Below, in pieces: positions 42,001 to 57,748 of a DNA stretch of 64,000 nt; positions within the stretch are counted from its first letter, which is position 1; every line of letters begins with the position of its first letter. Position numbers and translations under genes: made by a program. This DNA is from the human T2T-CHM13v2.0 reference genome, Homo sapiens, in the NCBI RefSeq assembly GCF_009914755.1, contig NC_060929.1; one strand, given 5' to 3'. The notes beneath the pieces are model-generated. The model was given only the letters and a program-made list of their open reading frames with translations, did no database searches and had not been told where the DNA came from.

Positions 42001-43919
42001 GTAAAGAATGTGGAGGGTCCTCCATTTGTATCTCATTCATTCTCAGCCAGGACTGTGCCTCCTGCCCATGGCATCGAAAGATGCTGGGCATCCCCACTGT
42101 GATCCTCCCTTCCTCTTCCCCAGGGTTTAGATCTTTCTTCCCCTGCCCCAGTGTTCGCTCCTGTCAAGTTCACTTTAGATGGTATCTTAGCATCTTTAAC
42201 TTATAGCTGCTTTGTTTATTTACATTCTGTTTGCTGCAGAGCAGAAGCAAAAATATAATTTGTTTATGATACTGTTTGATATTATTGCATACTGAACACA
42301 AAACATCACTAATGAATTCATTACATTTTAAATAATTAGGTAACTGGTGTCTCACTTGCTTTATATTATGCAATGACTCTTGGCAGTTTGTTATGTAGGC
42401 GTTTCGGGAAACCAGTTAGGAACACATTATTTCCCCTCCCCCTACAAAATAATGAAACACAAGCTCTGAAAATTCTCTATTCAGCACTGTCAGGAGCAGA
42501 TTAGGTCAGAATAATGAAGGATGCCAACCTTCTGAGAGAAACTGTGTGGCAAAAAGACAGGATGATGTACAAAGGACAGAGGCAGTCTTCTGACGGCCAG
42601 GAAATGTTGACTTCACCTCTGTTCGCGGCAGTTTGTGAAACTACCTCCTTCAGGTGTCAGTCTCCACCCTTATTGACTTCCTGGGTGGAGCAGGGACCCC
42701 GGCAAGCCCATTGGCTGCGACATTTCTCACTCATATTGATTGGCGTCGAGTTGAGCCTATGACACACAATAATGTGTTTGCTGGGATTTCTGACAAGTGA
42801 CTTTTACCCTTTCCTGCTGGGTGTGAGCCCAGAGCTGTTGTATCATTGTGCAATCATGTGGGATCCGAGGATAAAGCCAGCACCATGGAAGGAGGGATTG
42901 GAATGAGAGGAAGAAGCCAGATCAGGTGACACCAAAAAAACCCTGGATTAAGATGTGCCTGAAGCCTGGGAGATATATTCTCCTAGGACGTTCAGTTACA
43001 TCCGCGAAAAAACCTCCTGTTTACTTCAGCCAGCTTCAGTTGGGTTTCTGTCACTCGCAACAGAAGCATTCTGACTGAAAAGAAGACTGTCACGTCAGGA
43101 TGGAGACTTGTGTTGGCCTGAGAGGTGACATAGCCCCTTACCAGGAGGCTGGGAGAAGACACATGTTCAGAAAGCCGGGCAAGTTCCCAATGTCTCCCGA
43201 GGGTTTTCCAAATAACTCTGTTACATCCTATGAGGAGGAACCATGACTACCTCCCACACTTGCTGTTACACGCCATTAGTGACATCAAGAAGAAACTACT
43301 AACCCACTGGTTAGACTTGTTTTACCCTAATGGGGATGTGCTTATACCGAGCTGTTCACATTCTGCCTGGCTCCCTATAAGACTGGTAGTATACATGGTG
43401 TTCGTTCATTCATTCATTCATTCACCAAACACTGACTGGACATATACTGTGTGTTAGGCCTTGAATAAACTATTAAGGACAGACAGGAAGAGAAAGATGT
43501 GGTTCTGGCCCACAATAGTCACAGTCTAGGCAGGGAGACAGACAAGCAGACAGCTTCAATACAGAGAGACACACAGAGCTGTAGGGGCACAGAATGGGTG
43601 GCCCTCGCTGGCCAGGGAACAAAGGCAAGGTTTCCTAGGGGATGAGAGTCCTGAAGGGCAGAAGGGGTTACTGGAGCCATGAGTGAGCCGGGAAGGCACA
43701 GGAGTGTGTGGGGAGGGCAAAGGCCTGTGGAGAGAGGCCAAGGTGAGGCAGGAGATGCAGGTCTGTCTTCAGAGCTGAATGGCCCCAAAAGTCTAGACAC
43801 ACTCAACAAACCCAGCTCACCAGCAAACACGATTATTGTTTAAAACTTAAGTTCAAACACTGCATGCCAAAGCCATTTGGAAATGATTTCCAGATTACCC
43901 TCCATTCTGGAGCAGTTAA

Positions 43920-44335
<416 letters not shown>

Positions 44336-44419
44336 TAAAAAAATTCTGGACTCTAAAGCTGTAGTGGAATGTAAGTCCAATTAAACTCTTTCCGATCCTG
44401 CAGCTCACCAGAGACCTCA

Positions 44420-44536
<117 letters not shown>

Positions 44537-45661
44537 TTAACACCAGAAGGTGGTCTCCCAATCTCTGGGACCCAGGGGGAGCACAAGACTCAGAGTCAGA
44601 AAGACGTGGGTTTCAGCCTTAGCTCTGCCAATGACTGGCTGGACAAGTTGCTTGCTGTAAGCCTCATCTCCCTCCTCAATAAAATGAGTGTAATAACCCC
44701 CAACAGAGTTGTGCAAAGGATGAATGACATCAAGTATGGGGATGCAGTGGCACCACATCAGCTCAGGAGAAGCTGCTGTTTTCGGCATTGCCAGGATTCC
44801 TCACTACCCGCTCAGTTCAGTGAGAGACAGGCTGGCTATCTTGCCAGTCATTCCTAAAACCTTGACTTTCATCAGGAGAAGTCACGGAGACGTGCAGCTC
44901 TTGGCCATCTTATATCTTCCACAGGCCAGCCCATCATGCTGTCTCCACCGACGAGGACCTAGGCCAAGTTATTTTTTACCCGAGTCCCAGTTTCTCCTGT
45001 GAATGGGGCTAACAGCACCTGCTTCCTCTGCCTCCTCTGCCTCCTCTGCCTCCCAGGATAGATGTGAGGTGCTGATGAAATTAAGGATGAAGGACCATTT
45101 TATAAACCAGTGGGCTGTGCTTCCAACCTGTGTCACACGTCACGGCACGCACAGAAAACAATACATTGATAACAAGCCCGGGCAAACTGAGGTGACTATT
45201 AGAGGTCACAGGTGCCTGGCTGGGGCCTTTGGTGGCCCCGGACACACCAGGTAGACACCTAAGGGCTAAGGGATCAGCATACCTGTGACCCATTCCTGGA
45301 CTGCATAAACTATCTGTTGCTATAGGGTAGTTGTGACAATTAAAATATATGCACAAGTGAAAGCTGTTTGGAAACAAAGAAATGTCATAGAAACACAAGG
45401 CGCTCAGTGCTGTTAGAAGCCCTGGGGTTTCACAGGCAGTGTCCCTGTCCTCCATGAGGTGACGGTTAGAAGGAGAGACAATGCATACATAAGTGAAGAT
45501 GACTGACTCCTGGAATCCTCCTTCCCTACCTTCAGCTCACCCACTTGGATACGGGGTTGGGTGGGGGGTGGCGCACATTCTCTGTTCATGGTGATTGGTT
45601 GAAGGGAGAACATGTGACTTGAGCTGGGCCAATCACAGCCAGTAGGAGTCTGTCCTGGGAC

Positions 45662-45958
45662 TTTTTTGGTTTGGTTTCTTTTTGGAGAGGGAGTCTAGCT
45701 CTGTCACCCAGGCTGGAGTGCAGTGACACAATCTCGGCTCACTGCCTCCCGGGTTCAAGAGATTCTCGTGCTTTAGCCTCCCGAGTAGCTAGGATTACAG
45801 GCGAGCGCTACCGTGCCCGGCTAATTTTTGTATTTTTAGTAGAGACGGGGTTTTGTCATGTTGCTCAGGCTGGTCTCGAACTCTTGACCTCAAGTGATCC
45901 GCCTATGTCGGCCTCCCAAAGTGTTGGGATTACATGCTTGAGCCACCGCGCCCGGCCC
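45662..45958 (-). mobile_element. Alu (AluS-like) inserted in an MLT1-type fragment
   Basis: TSD cctgggactttt. Confidence 0.88.
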
Positions 45959-48900
45959 GCCCTGGGACTTTTGCTCCAACTCTGGAGAAAGCCAAGCTCT
46001 TCTCCTGAGGTTGACAGGCTGTCAAGATGTGGAGCTGCTGGGGGCTACCCATCCTCACTGGGGGTGGGGGGGAGCCTGCCTGAGAAAGGAGCCACCATCC
46101 CGATGACACAGTCTAAGCTTACATCCAGCTCTGCCTGAAGCTAAATTTATTCCTGGACTGTCCAGTTTCCTGGGCCAATAATTATGTCTTGGGCCACATC
46201 CACTGTCTTGAATAACTTTTGTGGCCAGTTCAAGTTGGGTTTCTGACCCACGTAATCCAGTCCAGGTTGATACCAGAAGTGGGCAGGAGAGAGATCTCTG
46301 AAGCCTGGAGCCACCACAGTGTAACTGATGGTCATGTAGGATTTAGACAGCAGGAGAGGAAGGCAGTGGCTGTGGGTAGAGGGGAATGAGGGTAGAACAA
46401 AGACCAGCTCAGGGTGAAGCCACACTGTGCCTGGCAGCGGTTTCCACAGTGGTTTTAGCCAGAGTCTCTTTTCAAATGAGTTCTTAGGAGAACATTCACA
46501 TTCCAAACAGAAAAAGATAGAACAACTTCAGGGGCTGGGGCCAGACACCAGTGTGAATATCATGGACTTATAGGAGAAGGTTCTTCAGGTGAGAAGAGAC
46601 GAAAAATGTTAGGATAAATCAGGACAAGGTTGGAGGTGACCTTGAATGCCACGCTAAGGAGTTCACCTGGCATGGCCTCATCAAACCCAACACAGATTAT
46701 ATTTCAAAACATGGCAGAAATGGGGGAGCTTGGGCTCTAGAGTCAAGAAGCTCTGGACTCACACAATTTCCTAACTCCTGGAGCCTCAGCTTTCTTATCT
46801 GGTAAAATGGGGTCATCAAGCATACAGAGTTGTGATTAGCACAAGAGGAAAAGCTCTGAGCACCTTGCCAGGAAGACAGAAAAAGTTCATGAAACCTCAG
46901 CACCTTGCTCTCAGACCACCCAATGCCTACCCCATCCCTGCTCACAAAAACAGGCTCCTTTGACACCAAGGATTTGGGCATCCAGCCCACCCTTCTTCCT
47001 TGTTTGCGCTCCCCGTTCCTAGGTAACTCATGGAGCCAGGGAAGGGGCCACGGCATCCTTTAGGAGGTAAGAGTCAGTCATCATCTCAGAAAGGCGACTT
47101 TGTGATGTGAAAAAACGCTCAACAGTCCTGATGTTTTACTTAACAAGAAGACTTCAAATCTGTTTCTTAGCTTTCCACCCTGCTTCACCGAGACTCCAGC
47201 ATGGAGATTTTGAATGGTTTCCATTCATTCACTCATTCACTCTTCAACATCTATTAAGCACCGACTGCATGCCAGGCCCTCTGCTAGGGGTTGAGATACT
47301 ATGGGGAGCAAGGCAGACCCAGACCCTGCCCTTGTTAAGTGGAGATGGGCAATAAACCAGCAAACCTGCCGACATGCTGGGCAGGACCCCGAAGTCTGCA
47401 TGAGGGTGGTAGGTGGAGGGGCTGGCTACTTGGGTAAGGGGGCCTTGGAAGGGAAGCCTATCTGAGGAGGCAACCTTTGAACTGAGATCTGAAGGGTGAG
47501 GAGCTGGTCGAGAGCTGAGGAAAGGGTGTACAGGGAAAAAGAAAAGTGGGAACGAAGATGTGGCAGCAGGAAAATGCTCGCCTGTGTGAGGAACAGGAGA
47601 GTATGACAGCTGACAGTGCTGCGGGAGGAAGGGGCTGAGCGGGGGAGGAGGCAGCAGCTGATGACGAGGGGCTTGCAGGCCACAGAGAAGCGTCTGGATT
47701 TCATTCTACTGAAGAGCTTGAAGGGGTGGGGGAGGCGTGCGACAGGATCCAGGGTACATGTTTAAAAATATCCATAGGTATCCCTCCAGCTGCTGTGTGG
47801 AAACGGCTTGAAGAGGGGCAGGGACACCAGTAAGGCATCTTTTGCACCACTGACAGGAAGTTAGAGCTGGAGCGGACCAAAGAATGCAGCTCATTGAAGG
47901 GCTGCACCTGCCAGATGGGTAAACTGAGGGTCAGAAAGGGAAAATACTGTACCAAAGGTGCCCACCACTGGGGATGCTTAAGCTAGGTTTGAATGACTGT
48001 CAAGGACACTGCCAACAGGGATTAAAAAACAAGGAAAAATTGTCAAAGAATGGATTTTTTTCTTAAAACCAACAAAAAGCACACTCCCATAGATGGAAAA
48101 AAAAATTCTGCTTACACAATTCATCCTTGATCTCTTGTTTACAATTTTTAAAGTTCTGAACATACAGTGCAAGGACTCTGCAGCAAGCCTAATTGGTTTA
48201 TTGGAATCAACCCCTGAACACAACGTGATGTCTGCATTTTTAGGCAGAGACCTAATTTTTTAACGAGAGCTGCCCTAGCGTAGGGCTTTGTCCCCGTCCT
48301 GGGTTTGGGGGCTGGTGAGAGAGCACACACCCTGGGTCACAGAGCCAGCTCTGCTGCTAGAGAAACTCACAAGGCATTCACCTCTCTGGCCACCCACCCT
48401 TCTCTCTAAAACAAGGACAATAATCTCCCTTGAGGGGTAAGCCACAATAGCTAACGGAGATGGGGCCAACACCTGGCACGCACTAGGAGTGCAACGTTCA
48501 GCTTCCCTCACAGTGGTCATCCCATGTTCCTGCTTGTCTAGTACCTTCCCCTCCCCTCCTTTTGGTAACAGAATCCTGACTTCCCACGGGGAATCCTTCC
48601 TCTGGTCTTCATGAGGGGAGTGGGCATGTCTCCCTCCCAGGCCCAGCCAACCACAGCCCTGCTGATGAATGATGGCTCAGGGATGGGCACAAGACGGATG
48701 AGACCCAATTCCAGGACTTTTGATGGCAGTCTCAGGGGACAGACCATTTTGCCCACTCAGTGGCTGCTGGGAGAACCTACACCAGGAATTTCCCATGGAA
48801 AGCGCCTGTCACACAGAAGAAAGCAGAGCCAGAGGGAGAGAGGAGGGCTCAGACCCCGTGGCAACATTTGAACCCCTGGATCCAGCCTGAATCCGGGACA

Positions 48901-49067
48901 TTTCCCAGATGCAAGACAAAACAGTCCTTTTCTTGTTCACACCAGTTTGATTTGGTGTCTGTTACTTGCAACCAGTGCAATCCTAACACAGTAGACCTTT
49001 CCTTTTTTACATCCCCAACCCAGGTAATACTTAGTAGCTTGGTGCCAAGGAATTAAAGACTTCCTCA

Positions 49068-49790
<723 letters not shown>

Positions 49791-49793
49791 ACG

Positions 49794-50090
49794 ATTTTTT
49801 TTTTTTTTTTGAGATGGAGTCTTGCCCTATCACCCAGGCTGGAGTGCAGTGGGGTGATCTCGGCTCACCGCAACCTCTGCCTCCCGGGTTCAAGCAATTC
49901 TCTGCCTCAGCCTCCCAAGCAGCTGGGATTACAGGCGCCTGCCACCATGCTCGGCTAATTTTTTGTATTTTTAGTAGAGACGGGGTTTCACTATCTTGGC
50001 CAGGCTGGTCTTGAACTCCTGACCTCGTGATCCACCCACCTCGGCCTCCCAAAGTGCTGGGATTACAGGCATGAGCCACCGCACCTGGCC
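49794..50090 (-). mobile_element. Alu (AluS-like)
   Basis: Full antisense Alu. Confidence 0.9.
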
Positions 50091-50254
50091 AAAGAAAAAT
50101 TTTTTAAAGCAGATTTCCTGCAGAGATTTACATACTGCATGTCATGTGCCCTGGAAATGACTAAAACTTTCTCCATGGCACAGCCTTCAAAACATGAGCT
50201 GCACATCTGAGAAACAACTTCTATGCAGAATACATTTCTTGAAGTCTTGGTTGT

Positions 50255-50890
50255 AAGGAAACAACCAACCAGATTACAAGATGGACAAAACTTAAAGAGA
50301 CACTTCATCCAAGAGGACATATGGAGGGCAAGGAAGCACATGAAATATGGTCACTGCCACTAACGAGGCAAAGTGAAACCAGGAGGAGATGCCACTACCC
50401 ATCTGTCGGAATGGCTACGATTAAAAAATAGCGACAATAACAAGTGCTGATGAAAATGCACGGCAACTGGAACCCTCATGCATTGCTGGTGGGGAAGCAA
50501 AATGCCACAGCCACTCTGGGAAGATCCTCAGTGGGTGCTGAACCACCAGGTGAAAGGCTGTTGAACAGGACACTCACACGGTATCAAAGTATAACCCCAT
50601 GATTGCTTTCCCAGCCAGGGGAAAAATGTGTAACTCTACAACTTAACCAGGTTACCAAACCTAGCCTCATGGATAGAGGGACAATCCAGTTACTGTGTGG
50701 CCCTCCAGGTGATGCAATGTGAAGTATACACAATCTGCTGTTGGTATTGTTGCCAACAATGTTTAACTTGAGCTCAAGCTCTTGACCTAGGTTCTAATTT
50801 ACAACAAATATAGGAGGCAGAGGAACAAGATAAATGACATCATAAGGAAGCAGACAGATCTGGAATGGGCAATGTTCTACAAGTCAACTA
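50255..50890 (+). mobile_element. Degraded L1M fragments
   Basis: gacacttcatccaagaggacata...caactggaaccctcatgcattgctggtggg...aaaatgccacagccactctgg. Confidence 0.6.
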
Positions 50891-52715
50891 GCAGGGCACA
50901 GCTCAGATGCTACTGCCTCCAGAAAGCCCTCTGTGACTGCTCCCTGCCCACCAGTATGAGGTTGGGTGCCCCTGCTATAGGTCTCCTTAGCACCCACTTT
51001 CCCATCACAAAGCCAATGAACGCTTTACTGAAATTGCTCAAGTGTCTGATTTCCTGCTGGGTTCTAAGTTTCACGCGAGCAAGGACCTGGCCTGTCTTGT
51101 TAATGGACTGCTGTATGCCCAGCACTGGGCAGGGTGGAAAAATCTAGGCTTCGTGAATAAATGGGGAAGAAAATGAGATGCCAGGAGGCCAAGCCCTCAC
51201 AGAGAGGAGTGCTTCTCCTTGGCAGGCCTTTGGTCTGTAGAAAGGGACCCTGGCCATGTTGCTGAGGTGGTCCTGCCCCCTTGCTTTTCCTCTCTGTCCC
51301 CTGTGCTGCTTCACCACAATCTGCAAACACCCCCGCCCCTTGGGAGCAACATGTTTTGGGGAGCAGCTGGGACTGCTTAAGGAACAAGGAAGCACAGAAA
51401 CCACAACTGGGGTTAGAGAGTCACGGAGGTTTTCTTCTGTTCCCAGACAGGATTTGAGCCGGAATCATCTACCCTTTAAATCTCTTCTTACACAATCTCA
51501 GCAGCAGGGCCTGTGTGATCTAACCAAGTCCAGACTCTCCAACCTGATTGCAAACCCAGTTTCACCAGGAACAGAAGTCCCGGGTTTCCTCACTTCCTCT
51601 AAGTCAGCGAGAAGCCAAACTGGTGGTGAAGGGAGGGTGGGAGGAATTGGGGTGGGGTGTGCTGAGCCAGGATCCTTTTGCAGGTGGGTAGATGGCTGAA
51701 CTTGGTCTCTTCCAAATCCCCGAGCCAGCAGGCCAGGCTAACACTTCCCATGTTTTCCCAGCAAAGGACGGAGGCTCAGAAGTACAGTGCCTACAGTTGC
51801 ACAGCTATGACGTGCAGAGCAGGGACTCTAACCTAGGTCACCTCTAATCCTGCCATGCCATGCCCCAGCTTGGCTGCAGCTGGAGCATGGGCCAGCAGGG
51901 AGATGTCTGCTCACCCTCCTAACTGTCAGAGTGACCAGTACATCATCCTACTGTTCTGCGAGGCTGTGGAGTTCTAGGGTCACAATGGCCTCGATTTATA
52001 TCCTGCTTCCTTCTCAACTAGCTTTGTGCTCTTGGGAAAGTGGCTTAACCCCCATGACTCAGTTTCCTCATTTGTAAAAAATGAGGTCTGCAATACTACT
52101 AACTGCAAAGTTGGGGCGAGGATGAAATGAGAACATGCATGTAGATTCTTTCGCTTGGTGCCTGGATATGGTAAATGTTCCATAAAGAGAAACTGTCAGC
52201 AGCAGCATCATTGTGAGCAGAAGGTCACAAAGGTGAGGGAACCCTTGTCCCTGCTCCTTCTCCCTACAAATGAACTTCCCACAGCCCGTCCCACCTCTCT
52301 CCAGCCCACACCCATCTCCCTGGGCTCTGCCCTCTCCACCTGTCCTTTCTGTTCTCTGGGTCCCACAGGGGTGCAGGGGGATGGCCCCCATAGTCCTGGG
52401 AACACAGGCCCACTGTGCCTGAGCCTGGGGCACAGGTTTCCCAGCTTCCAGAGTCAGGGCTTTGTCCCTCCCCATGGGTGCCTGTGGGGAAGGCCCTGAC
52501 ACCCCCACCCACCCTGGGCCTCAGTCTGAATGGAAGGGAGCCATTATCTGACCCAAATGCCAACTGCCACACACTTGAGAGCCTGACTGGCGCCCAGGCT
52601 TCATCTTTCCTGGCTTTCCTCCTCCACTTATGGTTGAGAACTGTCCTAGGTCAGCCGGACCTTGCCAGGAGCTGACATTGAGAGGAAGAGTGACACTGCT
52701 CATGGATGGTGTTAG

Positions 52716-53198
<483 letters not shown>

Positions 53199-53721
53199 TA
53201 ACCCCCATGGCCACAGCTGACTGGCTCATGGACACCGTCACGTGATCCAAGCCCGGCCAATCAGGTTCTTTCTTTCTCAGAAATCTGGGATCAGCCCTGA
53301 GCATGCCAGCTCCATCCAGAAGAGCTGCAACCCGGAGCCGTGCTCCAAACACTAGGTCTGCAGAGAGGAGAAGTGAAGGAGAGGTGTGGGGAGAAGAGCG
53401 ATGGGGAGAGCCTGGCTTGGCTTCGGGTAGTATTCCAGTTCCTGCTTCCCAGGCCTGCCCGCCCACCGGAGGCTACTATGACGCACAACAGGGGCCTGGG
53501 CCTTTCAGCTAATTCTCCTTTTGGCATGATGAGGGTTTTTGTGCAACTAAAACAATTCCATGAATTACAGGGGAAAAGTTCAGGCATTATCTTAGGTAAA
53601 AAGAACAAGCTAAAACAATGTAATCTCAATCTCAAAAAAATTCTGTAATGATATCAACTGTATATAAATGCGTGTGGGTGTTTATATACACAGACACCCA
53701 TTGCACACACACACACACACA

Positions 53722-54657
<936 letters not shown>

Positions 54658-54943
54658 GGCTGGGTGCGGTCCGCCTGTAATCCCAGCATTTTGGGAGGCC
54701 GAGGCAGATGGATCACCTGAGGTTAGGAGTTCAAGACCAGCCTGGCTGGTGAACCTCCGTTTCTACTAATAATACAAAAATTAGCCAGGCATGGTGGTGC
54801 ATGCCTGTAATTCCAGCTACGCGGGAGGCTGAGGGAGAAGAATCACTTGAATCTGCGAGGCGGAGATTGTAGTGAGCTGAGGTTGTGCTTTGCACTCCAG
54901 CCTGGTCAACAAGAGTGAAACTCTGTCTGTCTCAAAAAAAAAA
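54658..54943 (+). mobile_element. Alu (AluS-like) inserted at the MER82-like TIR
   Basis: TSD attgactg; A-tail followed by a G run. Confidence 0.86.
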
Positions 54944-55016
54944 GGGGGGGGGGGGAAGAATTGACTGTACCATATCTAAATGTATGTGCGTTTGTGTGTC
55001 TGTACACACACACACA

Positions 55017-55366
55017 CAGTTACGCACCACCTAACGTTTTCCAATGACAGACCACATATACAACAGTGGTTCCGTAAGATTATAACACGGTATTTTTACA
55101 AAACCTTTTCTGTGTAACACAATGGTGAGTATTTGTATATTCTAGTCAAATACTCACCATTGTGTTACAATTGCCTACAGTATTCAGTACAGTAACACAG
55201 TGTACAGGTTTGTAGCCCAGGAGCCGTGAGCTATACCACAGAGCCTAGGTGTGTAGTAGACTATACCATCTAGGTTTGTGTAAGTACACACTGTGATATT
55301 CACGTGATGAAACTGCCTAGCAACACATTTCTCAGAACTATCCCTGTTGTTAAATGACACATGACC
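55017..55366 (-). mobile_element. Tigger3a/MER47-like DNA transposon with an internal inverted duplication
   Basis: Ends cagttacgcaccacctaacg ... gttaaatgacacatgac; internal cctaggtgtgtagtagactataccatctaggtttgtgtaagtacac is typical of Tigger3 derivatives. Confidence 0.78.
55113..55169. repeat. Perfect 23-bp inverted repeat with 11-nt spacer
   Basis: tgtaacacaatggtgagtatttg (55113-55135) and caaatactcaccattgtgttaca (55147-55169) are exact reverse complements. Confidence 0.95.
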
Positions 55367-56059
55367 AAGCATATATATGTCAGTGGTTCGCTTTGGGGTG
55401 GTATGAATATGGGGGACTTTAAAAATTCTGTTCTTGATGCTTGTATATTCCAGATTTTTTACACTTTATTTTCTTTTACAATCAGAAAAAAAGATGTCGC
55501 TTTCTAGGAGCACTGAAAGAAACCTGTCTGTGGGGCACTTTCTTGTCTTGAACCCCAGGCCAGCATCTTCTCCGTTACCCTGGCTCAGTCCTAGGGCCAC
55601 CAAGGAGCCCCTGCCGGGTGCCAGCCCAGCCGATGGCACAGGGATGCCCAGAGTGGGGGTGGGAGAACACTGGCTCACCGGCCGGGAAGCCAGCAGATGG
55701 GCCCCAACCCGGAACTTACTATGGGAGTGAGGTTAAGTCCTTGACCTCTTACAGCCTCTCTGTTATCTGAAAAATAGAGATAAGGTCCATCCTACCTTGC
55801 AAGCTAAGCTCTCCAGAAATGGAGAGATCTCTAGAAAGGAATCCATGTTGGTTGGTTGGAATCTCTGCTCATGGTGGGACTTGAGGGCAAATGTTCACTG
55901 AATGTTGCCCAACCCTTCACCTCCTCGCGGGGTCTAACTCCAGTCTAAGGGGATGGGGACTCCCAGTGTCCAGAGGGCCCCCATTAAGCATGCAAGAATT
56001 TGGGCACCATTTCCAAGCAGTAACAGCCAAGGGGTCAGCTCTTCCATGAATAAAGTGCT

Positions 56060-56295
56060 AACAATCAATAGCAGAGTAGACTAACTATAGTTAACAACAG
56101 TGTATTGTGTATTTCAAAATGGCTAGAAGAGAGGACTTGAAATGCTCTCAACACATAGAAATGACAAATATTTGAGGGGACGGATACCCCAAATGCCCTG
56201 ACTTGATCATTACACCCTCTATGCATGCAACAAAATATCATAAATGTCCCATGAAAATGGACAAATATTATGTATCAATAAAATATAAAAAGATT
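56060..56295 (+). mobile_element. L1MA-like 3' terminus
   Basis: atttcaaaatggctagaagagaggacttgaaatg...cctgacttgatcattacac...tattatgtatcaataaaa. Confidence 0.72.
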
Positions 56296-56756
56296 TAAGC
56301 CAGTATCAAGCTTAGAGGCTCTTGACAAACAACAGGGCCAGGCTATAAACAGGCCAAGATACCTCTGCAAGCCCCCGGCACCCCTGGGTTAGCTGACATC
56401 CTCATCCTTGCCGACCCACTGGCCCAGATCTCTGCAAGGGGCTGTAGCTCTTAGAAAGGCCCCAGAACTCCATCGATACGCTGTCCCCAGGGTCGGATGA
56501 TGTGAAACAGCTGCCGCCCTGCTTCCCCTGCCTCCGGAGCTCTGTGAGCTCCCAAGTGTTCACCATGTGAACTGGAAAACAAGGTAAAAAGTTTTTGCCC
56601 TGCTAGTAAAATCTCTGAGGCATGGGGGAATGTCCTCCAGTCTTACTTTCCTTTACAAATCTATTTGGTGGGGTTTTTAGGGTTGTCAAAGAATCCAGCT
56701 GAAATTCCTGGCTGGCATTAATTACAAGGGCTGGGGCTGCTGCACTGGTCCCATGA

Positions 56757-57125
<369 letters not shown>

Positions 57126-57451
57126 TAAAGAAGGCACAGAAGACCTCAGAACAGGCGACACTAGCCAGGAAGAACTTAACACATTGATTTTTCTCTTTCT
57201 TTTGAATTTCATTTCCTTCTATTTTTAGCAAGTGCTACTACTGGTTTTCCCCAGGTATAGTAGACAGCTAAAATTTCCATTTAAAAGTAATTTAAGTAAA
57301 AATGTGAGTCAATTTGAAGAATACTGTATTAGGAATATATACTGTAGGGAGTTTGTGGATATGTCAAAAATTATGATGGTGCTGGTAAGATTGAGAATGA
57401 GGATGGTCCTGTGTTAGTGGAATTCCTTGCCATTCTCACTGTATCTGGAGG

Positions 57452-57748
57452 TATTTGTTTGTTTGTTTGAGACAGGGTCTTGCTCCCTCTGTCATCCAGG
57501 TTGGAGTACAGTGGTGTAATCACAGCAGCCTCGAATTCCCAGGCTCAAACAATTCTCCAGCCTCAGCCTCCTGAGTAGGTGGAATTACAGGCATGCACCA
57601 CCATGCCTGGCTAATAAACAAATTTTTTTGTAGAGATGGGATCTCAGTATGCTGACCAGCATGGTCTGGAACTCCTGGCCTCAAGCGATCTACCTGCCTC
57701 AGCCTCCCAAAGTGCTGGAATTATAGGTGGGAGCCATCACGCACAGCC
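57452..57748 (-). mobile_element. Alu (AluJ-like)
   Basis: Antisense Alu body. Confidence 0.85.
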
